Shown: piece after piece, positions 1 through 6,752 of the stretch | Layout: each line of letters begins with the position of its first letter | How positions within the stretch are numbered: the first letter of the stretch is position 1 | From: Vulcanimicrobiota bacterium | GTDB taxonomy: Bacteria; Vulcanimicrobiota; Vulcanimicrobiia; Vulcanimicrobiales; Vulcanimicrobiaceae | Assembly (NCBI GenBank): GCA_003135555.1 | Contig: PLCF01000054.1 | Coordinates: 1-16,360 of the forward strand | Direction of reading: 5' to 3' | DNA length: 16,360 nucleotides | Translations under genes and position numbers: made by a program | Notes under the pieces: generated by a model | What the model was told of the DNA's origin: nothing | Seen by the model: the letters and a program-made list of their open reading frames with translations, nothing else | The model's database searches: none

Positions 1-978
1 GGCGGCTCGTTCGTCACCTACGTCAAGGTCGTCGAGGAGGTCTCGAAGGCGTGCGCTTCGTCGGCGCTGATCATCGCGGTGCAAGAGCTGGGCGCGCTGC
101 CGATCCTCATCGGCGGCAGCGACGCGCAAAAACGGCGCTGGATCCCCGATCTCGCCAGCGGCAAGACGATCGGCGCCTACGCGCTGACCGAACCCGGTTC
201 CGGCTCCGACGCCGCCGGTTCGATGCGCACCAAGGCGCGGCGCGACGGCGACGACTACGTCCTGGACGGCTCGAAGATCTGGATCACCAACGGCAGCGTC
301 GCCGACGTCGTAACGGTGTTCGCCGTCACCGAACCGGGCAAAGGCGCCAACGGGATCAGCGCGTTCGTGCTCGAGAAGGGCACCCCCGGCTTCGGCATCG
401 GCAAGCTCGAGAAGAAAATGGGGATTCGCGGTTCACCGACCGTCGAGCTCGTCTTCGAGAACTGCCGTGTCCCCGCCGCGAACATGCTGGGCGCCGAAGG
501 GCAAGGCTTCAAGATCGCGATGAAGGTGCTCGACAAGTCGCGCCCCGGGATCGCCGCGCAAGCGCTCGGCATTGCGCAGGGCGCGCTCGACTACGCGACC
601 GAGTACACGAAGCAGCGCGTCGCGTTCGGGAAGCCGATCTCGCAGCAGCAAGGCCTGCAGTTCATGCTGGCCGACATGCGCACCGAAGTCGAAGCGGCGC
701 GGTTGCTGCTGTATGAAGCCGCGCGCAAATGCGACGCGGACGCTCCCGACGTCACGGCCTGGGCGGCGATGGCGAAGCTCAAATGCGGCGATACCGCGAT
801 GAGCGTTACCACCGATGCGGTGCAGCTCCTGGGCGGTTACGGCTACTCGACTGAATACCCGGTCGAGCGGATGATGCGCGACGCCAAGATCACGCAGATA
901 TACGAAGGGACGCAGCAGATCCAGCGGATCGTTATCGCGCGGTCGATGGTCGGGAAGTGGAGTCCGCCGAAGCCGTGA
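1..978 (+). CDS. Acyl-CoA dehydrogenase family protein (butyryl-CoA/short-chain type), 5'-partial
   Basis: Frame 1 is open from base 1 (GGSFVTYVKVVEEVSKACASSALIIAVQELG...), so the gene starts upstream of the window. ACAD motifs: AYALTEPGSGSDA, GSKIWITNG, KMGIRGSPT, QLLGGYGY and RDAKITQIYEGTQQIQR (catalytic Glu in IYEGT). Confidence 0.95.
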   Translation, partial: GGSFVTYVKVVEEVSKACASSALIIAVQELGALPILIGGSDAQKRRWIPDLASGKTIGAYALTEPGSGSDAAGSMRTKARRDGDDYVLDGSKIWITNGSVADVVTVFAVTEPGKGANGISAFVLEKGTPGFGIGKLEKKMGIRGSPTVELVFENCRVPAANMLGAEGQGFKIAMKVLDKSRPGIAAQALGIAQGALDYATEYTKQRVAFGKPISQQQGLQFMLADMRTEVEAARLLLYEAARKCDADAPDVTAWAAMAKLKCGDTAMSVTTDAVQLLGGYGYSTEYPVERMMRDAKITQIYEGTQQIQRIVIARSMVGKWSPPKP

Positions 979-1008
979 CCGCGGCGGCGTTGTGCTGACG
1001 CACGGCGC

Positions 1009-2880
1009 GTGAACGCCGAAGCCGCGTCGCTCCCGCAGGTCCATCTCAACCGGTCGCAGACGATCCGGCTGATTGTGGTCGGCCTCCTCGTCTGCCTGGC
1101 GCTCGTACGCGTCGTACCGGACTTCGTTCGGCTGGCCTACCCGCACCATATCTTCGGTTACCGAACCGACGGCGACGCCGTGGTCATCCGGGTCCCTCCG
1201 CCGCCGGCGCCGAGAACGCCCAACGCGGTGGCGCGGGCGGTCGAGGCCGTCACGACATTCGTGCGGGGCGGCAAGAAAGCGGCCAGCGCGCCCGTTCCGG
1301 TGCAAGCGGCGAGCGATCCGATCGTACTCGGCGACCGGGTGCGCATCGACCGCATCCAGCCGTTCGATCGCAAGCCCGGCCTCGCCGGCCTCCCCTACAG
1401 CTTCGACGACCCGATCCGATATCTGCCGGTCGACCGGAACGGCCGCGAGCGCGTGCTCCACTTGACCTCGCACGTCGAGTCGGACACGGTGCGTTTCACC
1501 GACATGCTGCGCATCGTGCTGTGCATTGCGGCGGTGATGCTCGGCGCGATGCTATTTCTCGTAAAGCCGAGCATCGCGACGGCGGCGTTCTTCGTCTTCA
1601 CGCTCGCCGCCGTCGAAGCGCCCGCCAGCTACCTGGACATACTGGTTACGCAGCCCTGGCGCCCGGTATTGCCGTGGATCCACGACACGATGCGGGGTGC
1701 GGTCCGTCCCGCACTGCTGCTCTTCGCGCTGTGCCTGATCGACGGCGACGCCGACGCTCCGCGCGAGCGGATCTTCGCGTGGATCGCGGCGTTCCTCGCG
1801 CTCGTCCTCGGGACGCTGAATGCCTACGCGCAATGGGCTCTCAACTATGCGGCACTCCCGGCAGAGCAGCTCGATCGCGCCCTCACGGACGCTTCGTACG
1901 CGGTCAGCACGCTGACGGTGATTGCGCTCGTCGTCGCGTTCGTGCGCGCACCCCACAACGACCGGCATCGGATCAGCTGGATCGCCGCGGCATTCATCTT
2001 CGCCGGGCTGGCGCGGCTGCTCTCCGACACGCTCTTTCCGATCGGCAAGATCAGCTTGTGGCAGAACAGCCTGTTGGTTTCGTGCAGCATCGTGCCGATC
2101 GCGACGATCTGGATCGCGGTCATACGGCACCGCTTCTTCAACGTCGACTTCGTCGTGAGCCGGGCCGTCGTCTACGTCGCGCTCACCGCCGCGTTCTTCC
2201 TCACCGTCTCCATATTCGAAGAGCTCGGCACGTACTTCCTGATCAACAACACGAACATCGCGTACCTCGTCTTCAGCGCGGTCGCGCTTGCCGCCGGAGC
2301 GTTCTTCGGCAAGATCGTCGAGTTTCTCAACTACGGCGTCGATCGCTTCATCTTCCGCGACCGGCTCCAGCAGCGCAAAGCGCTGGAGTTCATCGCGGGG
2401 TACATCCTCGACGCCGAAACGGTCGAGGACGTCTATCGCGCGCTGCTCCAGGACGCCGCCCATGCGCTCAAGCTGACGTTCGGCGGGATCCTCGGTCGTC
2501 AGCCCGACGGAAGCTACAAGCTCGTCCAAAGCTACGACTGGCCCGAAGCCGTGACGATCAAGCTCGGCCCCGACGACGAGCTGACCCGCGCCATCACGCG
2601 CACGCGCGGCGCGCTGACCTTCTCGGGCAAAGACACGCGCTTGATCCAGCAGTCGTTTCCGAACGAGGGGCTCACCTTCGCCGCGCCGCTCCTGTTCGAC
2701 CGCAGCGTGAGCGGGATCGTCGTGTACGGGCACAACGTCAGCGGCCTGGACCTCGATCCCGAGGAGCGCGAGCTCCTCGTGCGCGTCGTGGCGCATGCGT
2801 CGATCGCGCTGAACACGATCGAGCTGTCGCGCTATCGCAGCGCGAGCGCCGCACCGGCAGCGCTCCCCGCCCCGACCTGA
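1009..2880 (+). CDS. Integral membrane protein: N-terminal TM, extracytoplasmic (PDZ-like?) region, about 7-8 further TM helices, C-terminal GAF-like domain; no output domain
   Basis: 623-aa ORF with GC-rich third positions and many hydrophobic segments. The juxtamembrane motif RHRFFNVDFVVSRAVVY resembles that of 7TM-GAF sensor proteins. The C-terminus has GAF-like LAAPL..GIVVYG..LDPEERELL..VAHASIAL character (FAAPLL here). The GTG start is uncertain and domain calls are by eye. Confidence 0.7.
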   Translation: MNAEAASLPQVHLNRSQTIRLIVVGLLVCLALVRVVPDFVRLAYPHHIFGYRTDGDAVVIRVPPPPAPRTPNAVARAVEAVTTFVRGGKKAASAPVPVQAASDPIVLGDRVRIDRIQPFDRKPGLAGLPYSFDDPIRYLPVDRNGRERVLHLTSHVESDTVRFTDMLRIVLCIAAVMLGAMLFLVKPSIATAAFFVFTLAAVEAPASYLDILVTQPWRPVLPWIHDTMRGAVRPALLLFALCLIDGDADAPRERIFAWIAAFLALVLGTLNAYAQWALNYAALPAEQLDRALTDASYAVSTLTVIALVVAFVRAPHNDRHRISWIAAAFIFAGLARLLSDTLFPIGKISLWQNSLLVSCSIVPIATIWIAVIRHRFFNVDFVVSRAVVYVALTAAFFLTVSIFEELGTYFLINNTNIAYLVFSAVALAAGAFFGKIVEFLNYGVDRFIFRDRLQQRKALEFIAGYILDAETVEDVYRALLQDAAHALKLTFGGILGRQPDGSYKLVQSYDWPEAVTIKLGPDDELTRAITRTRGALTFSGKDTRLIQQSFPNEGLTFAAPLLFDRSVSGIVVYGHNVSGLDLDPEERELLVRVVAHASIALNTIELSRYRSASAAPAALPAPT

Positions 2881-2904
2881 CGCCGCGGGTCGGCGGGCCT
2901 GCTG

Positions 2905-3720
2905 CTAGTGGCCGACACCTGAGTAACGGTTGAGGCCGAAGCGCCAAAAGAGATAGGCCGCCGCGACAAAGAGCACTCCGATCGCGGGCGTGAACAGGCC
3001 GGCGGCCGCGGGCAGCATCGCTCCTTCGTGCGCCTTGTGCAGAAAGTAGCGCGCCGGAAAGTAGTTCATGAACGCGAACGGGACGACGAAGGTGAGCAAG
3101 AGCCGGACGCCGCGCGAGTAGATCGTGATCGGGTATCGGGTGAACTCCTGTTCGAGCTGGATCACGATCCACCGCAGCGCGTCGACGCGCACGAACCAAA
3201 AGGCGACCGTCGAGATGAAGAGGTTGAAGGCCAGGTCGATCATCGCGCCGCCGAGCACGATGAGCGGAACGAAGACCACGAAGGTCGCGTCGACGGTGGC
3301 GCCGCTGTACCACGTGACCACGCCGAAGTAGAGCAGCGCCAAGATCAGCTCGTCGGGAAAGACCTGCCCGGGCGTCGCGATGGCCTGGAACAGCGTGTCG
3401 AGCGGCCGCACCAGCAGCCGGTCGAACTCGCCGTCGCGGATGTGGTCCGGAATGTCGCCCACCGTCGAGAAAAACGTGTTGTGCACCGCGTGCGCCAGCA
3501 TCCACAGCCCGTACAAGAACGCCATGTCGCGGAACGTCCAGCCGTTCATCTCCGGGAAGCGGTTGAGCACGATCCACAGCGCGGTGATCGCCGAACCGTG
3601 GTAGATGAACGTGAAGGCGAACCAGATGAGAAAGTTCTCGCGGTACTCCAGCGTGGTGAGGATGTTGATGCGCCAGTACTGCTTGTAGACGCTCCACATG
3701 ACGCGCAGGCGGTTCAGCAC
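2905..3720 (-). CDS. ABC-2 family exporter permease (ABC2_membrane_6/DUF990, COG3694-like)
   Basis: Motifs LEYRENF, GWTF, IRDGEFDRLLVRPL, YPITIY, VVPFAFMNYFP and GLNRYSGVG, plus multiple TM helices. GTG at 3720 lies 1 nt after the upstream TAG (3722-3724), so it is a better start than the ORF-track 3828. Confidence 0.88.
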   Translation of the reverse strand: MLNRLRVMWSVYKQYWRINILTTLEYRENFLIWFAFTFIYHGSAITALWIVLNRFPEMNGWTFRDMAFLYGLWMLAHAVHNTFFSTVGDIPDHIRDGEFDRLLVRPLDTLFQAIATPGQVFPDELILALLYFGVVTWYSGATVDATFVVFVPLIVLGGAMIDLAFNLFISTVAFWFVRVDALRWIVIQLEQEFTRYPITIYSRGVRLLLTFVVPFAFMNYFPARYFLHKAHEGAMLPAAAGLFTPAIGVLFVAAAYLFWRFGLNRYSGVGH

Positions 3721-3721
3721 A

Positions 3722-4552
3722 CTAGCCGCCCTGCACGATGACGCGCTTTGCCCCGGCGCGCCAGATGATCGTTGCGGCGAATCCCAGCACGACGAGCCAG
3801 AAGACTTGCAGGCCCAGCGCGGCCGCATAGCCCGCAGGTTTGATGTGGCCGATGTAGATCAGCAGCGGCGTCGAGAACATCGCGGCGAACGGGAGCGCGA
3901 AGGCGACCTTCTGCAGGAACGCCGGAAAGATCACCAGCGGGATGATCTCGCCGCCGAAAAGGTCGGTCACCCACGTCACGATCAGTCGAGCCGCATGGAT
4001 CTCGAGCGTCCAGAACGCGATGCAGTTCAGGATGAAGTTGATGCAGAACCCGACCATGTAGCCCAAAAAGCAGCTCAGCGCGAAGGCCGCCAACACCAGC
4101 GGGCCCGGGACGTCTATCTGGACGATGAGCAGCGAGAACAGCAGCGACGGGACGATCAGGATCGCGTGGAAAAGCACCTCGCCCGTTCCGTCGCTGAAAA
4201 AGTAGAGCGGAACGATGATCGGCTTCATGAAGTCGGTCGCGATCGTTCCGCTGTGTAAGTTGTCGTGGAGGATGCGCGTCTGGTCGATGTCCATGACCAG
4301 GCCCATCAGCAACGCCACGGTGGAGTAGGTGATGATCGCATGCAGCGGCAGGTCGGTGGGAGCAGCGTTGCGCAGGTAGAGCGCGACCCACACCATGCGC
4401 AAGAGGTAGACTCGCACGAGGACCGATGCGACCGTCGTGAAGACGTCGAAGCGGTAGGTGGCCTCGCGTGCCATCGCCTTCTGAGCAAATTGGAAGTAGG
4501 GCTCGAGGCGAAAACGGACCTTTGGCGTGACGAGATCGCCGAGTGCGCTCAC
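3722..4552 (-). CDS. ABC-2 family exporter permease (COG4587-like)
   Basis: Motifs TYRFD, GTIATDFMKP, GEIIPL..FP, LPFAAMFSTP and C-terminal VIVQGG, with about 6 TM helices. The GTG start overlaps the ATPase TGA (GTGA, 4552-4549). Confidence 0.88.
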   Translation of the reverse strand: MSALGDLVTPKVRFRLEPYFQFAQKAMAREATYRFDVFTTVASVLVRVYLLRMVWVALYLRNAAPTDLPLHAIITYSTVALLMGLVMDIDQTRILHDNLHSGTIATDFMKPIIVPLYFFSDGTGEVLFHAILIVPSLLFSLLIVQIDVPGPLVLAAFALSCFLGYMVGFCINFILNCIAFWTLEIHAARLIVTWVTDLFGGEIIPLVIFPAFLQKVAFALPFAAMFSTPLLIYIGHIKPAGYAAALGLQVFWLVVLGFAATIIWRAGAKRVIVQGG

Positions 4553-5556
4553 GACGGGGCGCCTACCGTGCCGTCGTGATAGCCTTCGAGGTAGATGCGC
4601 CGCACGATCGATTCGATGTCCGGTTCGATGATCGAGACGTCGGTGATGCGATAGCGCTCGGTGACGCGGCGGATCAGCGCCTCGGCGGTGAGCTCGCGCC
4701 GGTTGAAGCGCAGTCGGATGACCGCGCCTTCGCGGCTCTGGAGCTCGGCGCCGGGGACCGCGATCTCGGCATACGTCTCGGCGAGCGACACGACGAGGAT
4801 CCGGTGCGTGCCGTACTCCTCACGCAGGCGCTCGAGCAGGCCGTCGAAGATGACGGTCCCTTCGTCGATGAGGATGATGCGGGGCGTGAGCCGTTCGACG
4901 TCCGCGAGGTCGTGCGTGGTCAGGATGACCGTCGTTCCACGCTCGCGGTTGATCGTGCCGATGAACTCGCGGATTGCCTCCTTGGCCACCACGTCCAGAC
5001 CGATGGTGGGCTCGTCGAGGTAGACGATCCGCGGGTCGTGCAACATCGCCGCGGCGAAGTCCCCGCGCATCCGCTCGCCCAGCGACAGCTGGCGAACGGG
5101 GGTCCCAAGAAAGCGGTCCAGGTCGAGGATCTCCGCGAAGTGCTTCATGTTCTGCAGATAGCGGTCGCGCGGCACGTCGTAGATCGACCGCAGCAGCTCG
5201 AACGACTCGCGCAGCGGGAGGTCCCAGTACAGCTGGCTGCGCTGTCCGAACACGACGCCGATATTCGCCGCGTTGGCCATGCGGTGGGTGTACGGGACGA
5301 TCCCGGCGACCCGCAGCACGCCCGCGGTCGGGACTAGGATGCCGGTGAGCATCTTGATGGTGGTCGACTTCCCGGCCCCGTTGGGGCCGATGTAGCCCAC
5401 CAGTTCACCCGGCTCGAGCGTGAAGTTGACGTCGTCGACGGCGACCTTCTCCTCGTAGGTCCGCGAGAAGAGTGCCGCGATGGCCCCACCGATCCCGGGG
5501 TCGCGCTCGAGCGACCGAAAGACCTTGCGCAGCCCCGCCGCCTCGATGATCGCCAT
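4549..5556 (-). CDS. ABC transporter ATP-binding protein (COG4586/EvrA-like)
   Basis: Walker A GPNGAGKST, Q-loop VVFGQRSQL, signature LSLGERM, Walker B VYLDEPTIGLD and H-loop TTHD. The ATG at 5556 (MAIIEAAGLRKVF) fits the family N-terminus better than the upstream GTG at 5586. Confidence 0.93.
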   Translation of the reverse strand: MAIIEAAGLRKVFRSLERDPGIGGAIAALFSRTYEEKVAVDDVNFTLEPGELVGYIGPNGAGKSTTIKMLTGILVPTAGVLRVAGIVPYTHRMANAANIGVVFGQRSQLYWDLPLRESFELLRSIYDVPRDRYLQNMKHFAEILDLDRFLGTPVRQLSLGERMRGDFAAAMLHDPRIVYLDEPTIGLDVVAKEAIREFIGTINRERGTTVILTTHDLADVERLTPRIILIDEGTVIFDGLLERLREEYGTHRILVVSLAETYAEIAVPGAELQSREGAVIRLRFNRRELTAEALIRRVTERYRITDVSIIEPDIESIVRRIYLEGYHDGTVGAPS

Positions 5557-5661
5557 GCTCGGCCAGCCTTTTCCCGCGAGCCACACGCCGCCTTTACGAA
5601 CGGCACAGGTCAGGAACTCGGCTGGGGGGAACCGCGCGATACCAACCGACGTTGGAGGGAT

Positions 5662-5689
5662 AGATTCGGTGCCTTCCGGTACCGGATCT
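5662..5689 (+). promoter_or_regulatory. 12-bp stem-loop in the leader of micropeptide copy 1
   Basis: AGATTCGGTGCC-TTCC-GGTACCGGATCT pairs fully on the + strand transcript (10 Watson-Crick plus 2 G-U). A smaller hairpin CCAAC-CGAC-GTTGG lies at 5642-5655. Function unknown. Confidence 0.5.
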
Positions 5690-5719
5690 CAAACTGACTA
5701 AGTAAGGGGGTGAGTATAC

Positions 5720-5779
5720 ATGGCAGCGAAGAAAAAGGGCGGCAAGAAGAAGCCCAGCAAGAAGGGCAAGAAGAAGTAA
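5720..5779 (+). CDS. Lysine-rich micropeptide 1, MAAKKKGGKKKPSKKGKKK (19 aa)
   Basis: ATG...TAA read directly from the sequence. SD GGGGGTGA at 5706-5713 lies 6 nt before the ATG. 11 of 19 residues are Lys and none is acidic. Paralogous to two downstream copies with synonymous divergence. Confidence 0.85.
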   Translation: MAAKKKGGKKKPSKKGKKK

Positions 5780-5833
5780 GCCGGTCCCGATTTAGATAGA
5801 CTCCGTTTTTCTCAGTCATCATCCAGACCATAT

Positions 5834-5865
5834 GAGCGCGGCCGGCAACGACCGCGCTCTTTTTA
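5834..5865 (+). terminator. Rho-independent terminator after micropeptide 1
   Basis: GAGCGCGG-C-CG-GCAA-CG-A-CCGCGCTC followed by TTTTTA: a GC stem with GNRA loop and U-tract. Confidence 0.8.
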
Positions 5866-5875
5866 TCCGGCCCCG

Positions 5876-5909
5876 GCGCAGGGAGGCCGGCGCGCCGACG
5901 CAAAAACGC
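5876..5909 (+). promoter_or_regulatory. Conserved 34-nt promoter-like box upstream of micropeptide 2
   Basis: GCGCAGGGAGGCCGGCGCGCCGACGCAAAAACGC is 30/34 identical to 6102-6135. It lies between a terminator and the next SD and ends 44 nt before the ATG. The promoter role is inferred. Confidence 0.45.
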
Positions 5910-5952
5910 TGCTCCAGCGACTTTTTCCTAGAGAGGGGGTGAGTGAAGCATC

Positions 5953-6009
5953 ATGGCAGCCAAGAAGAAAGCCCCGAAGAAGAAACCGTCCAAGAAGGGC
6001 AAGAAGTAA
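5953..6009 (+). CDS. Lysine-rich micropeptide 2, MAAKKKAPKKKPSKKGKK (18 aa)
   Basis: ATG...TAA, with SD GGGGGTGA at 5935-5942. 10 of 18 residues are Lys. Confidence 0.85.
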   Translation: MAAKKKAPKKKPSKKGKK

Positions 6010-6062
6010 GCTCTTTCCGATCGAGATAGACGATTTCTCAGTCATCATCCATATCAAGTCCT

Positions 6063-6095
6063 GAGCGCGGCCGGCGACGACCGCGCTCTTGTTAT
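6063..6095 (+). terminator. Terminator-like hairpin after micropeptide 2
   Basis: GAGCGCGG-C-CG-GCGA-CG-A-CCGCGCTC followed by TTGTTAT. The GNRA loop is retained (GCGA versus GCAA). Confidence 0.7.
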
Positions 6096-6101
6096 CCTCC
6101 C

Positions 6102-6135
6102 GCGCAGGGAGGCCGGGGCGCCGGCGCCAAAGCGC
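6102..6135 (+). promoter_or_regulatory. Conserved 34-nt promoter-like box upstream of micropeptide 3
   Basis: GCGCAGGGAGGCCGGGGCGCCGGCGCCAAAGCGC is the paralog of 5876-5909 and ends 43 nt before the ATG. Confidence 0.45.
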
Positions 6136-6177
6136 GCCCACCGACTCCGGCTCAGAGAGGGGGTGAGTGAACACATC

Positions 6178-6234
6178 ATGGCTGCAAAGAAGAAAGCCCC
6201 GAAGAAGAAACCGTCCAAGAAGGGCAAGAAGTAG
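6178..6234 (+). CDS. Lysine-rich micropeptide 3, MAAKKKAPKKKPSKKGKK (18 aa)
   Basis: ATG...TAG, with SD GGGGGTGA at 6159-6166. The peptide is identical to copy 2, with only 3 nt differences, all silent (GCA/GCT, GCC/GCA, TAA/TAG). Confidence 0.85.
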   Translation: MAAKKKAPKKKPSKKGKK

Positions 6235-6270
6235 CCCGTACCGGTCTCTGTCTTCATCTCATTCGATTCC

Positions 6271-6300
6271 AGCGCGGCCGGCAACGGCCGCGCTCCTCTT
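6271..6300 (+). terminator. Hairpin after micropeptide 3, between convergent genes
   Basis: Perfect 10-bp stem AGCGCGGCCG-GCAA-CGGCCGCGCT (6271-6294) with a weak tail CCTCTT. It abuts the stop codon of the convergent SRPBCC gene. Confidence 0.6.
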
Positions 6301-6736
6301 ATGCCGGGCCGGGCTCGCCGCCCGCCGCTCGTAGGGCCAACCGCTCGAGGTTGGCCGGCATCGCGACGGCCATGCGGTCCGCGGCGCGGCGCAAGAACGG
6401 ACCAGCCAGCGGCCCCGCGATCCCGATCGTCCCCGCGATCGAGGTGCCCGTGCCGGCCGCCGCGAGCTCCCACCGAAAACGCAGCGCCGCCACCGGCCCG
6501 AAGCGGACCACCAGCGACAGCAGCCGCTGGGGGACGACCGCCTCGATCCGAAACGCCGTCTGCGGCCCGCGCTTGGGCTTCAACGTCAGGCGCGTCCCGG
6601 GCTCGAGCGGCCCCTCGAGCACCATCCAGTCGACGCCGCGATTCCACAGCGCCCAGCGCCGGCCGTCGAGCAGGACGTCCCAGACGCGCTCCGGCGCGGC
6701 GGTCGAGGTCGCGGCGGCGGTCCGTTCCCAGCTCAT
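6299..6736 (-). CDS. SRPBCC (polyketide cyclase/dehydrase-like) family protein
   Basis: 145 aa from ATG 6736: MSWERTAAATSTAAPERVWDVLLDGRRWALWN...LEGPLEPGT...C-terminal helix MPANLERL. This matches the typical A-P-E-x-V-W...D...W..W SRPBCC pattern. The ORF-track extension to 7114 overlaps the opposite-strand gene. Confidence 0.8.
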   Translation of the reverse strand: MSWERTAAATSTAAPERVWDVLLDGRRWALWNRGVDWMVLEGPLEPGTRLTLKPKRGPQTAFRIEAVVPQRLLSLVVRFGPVAALRFRWELAAAGTGTSIAGTIGIAGPLAGPFLRRAADRMAVAMPANLERLALRAAGGEPGPA

Positions 6737-6752
6737 CGCGAATCGGTGTTCC

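Larger units (their letters stand above)
5704..6300 (+). repeat. Tandem array of three diverged ~225-233 bp cassettes (SD, Lys-rich micro-ORF, conserved 3' motif, hairpin)
   Basis: ATGs at 5720, 5953 and 6178 (spacing 233 and 225). Shared AGGGGGTGAGT upstream of each, near-identical ORFs, a TCTC(A/T)GTC(A/T)TCATC motif, and an AGCGCGGCCG-GC(A/G)A-CG(A/G)CCGCGCT hairpin. Confidence 0.95.

Noticed and set aside
2881..2895. Hairpin CGCCG-CGGGT-CGGCG between convergent genes as a terminator
   Set aside because: Only a 5-bp stem with no U-tract on either strand, which is expected by chance at this GC content.
5720..5865. Lysine-sensing attenuator leader peptide
   Set aside because: No lysine biosynthesis or transport gene lies downstream on the + strand (the array ends at a convergent gene), and I see no antiterminator overlapping the ORF.
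5610..6260. Antisense ORFs over the array (5610-5903, 5863-6174, end of 6054-7274) containing hydrophobic stretches (LLLALLGRFLLRGFLLG, FLPFLDGFFFGAFFFAA) after MMTEK/MKTET, resembling type I toxins
   Set aside because: The three copies cross the micro-ORF in three different frames and give unrelated peptides. The hydrophobicity is just the reverse complement of AAG runs. SD, silent substitutions and terminators all support the + strand.
5704..6300. CRISPR array or tRNA/ncRNA cluster interpretation of the repeats
   Set aside because: The period is about 230 bp with long diverged units, not 25-45 bp identical repeats with unique spacers. There are no cas genes and no cloverleaf or T-loop motifs.
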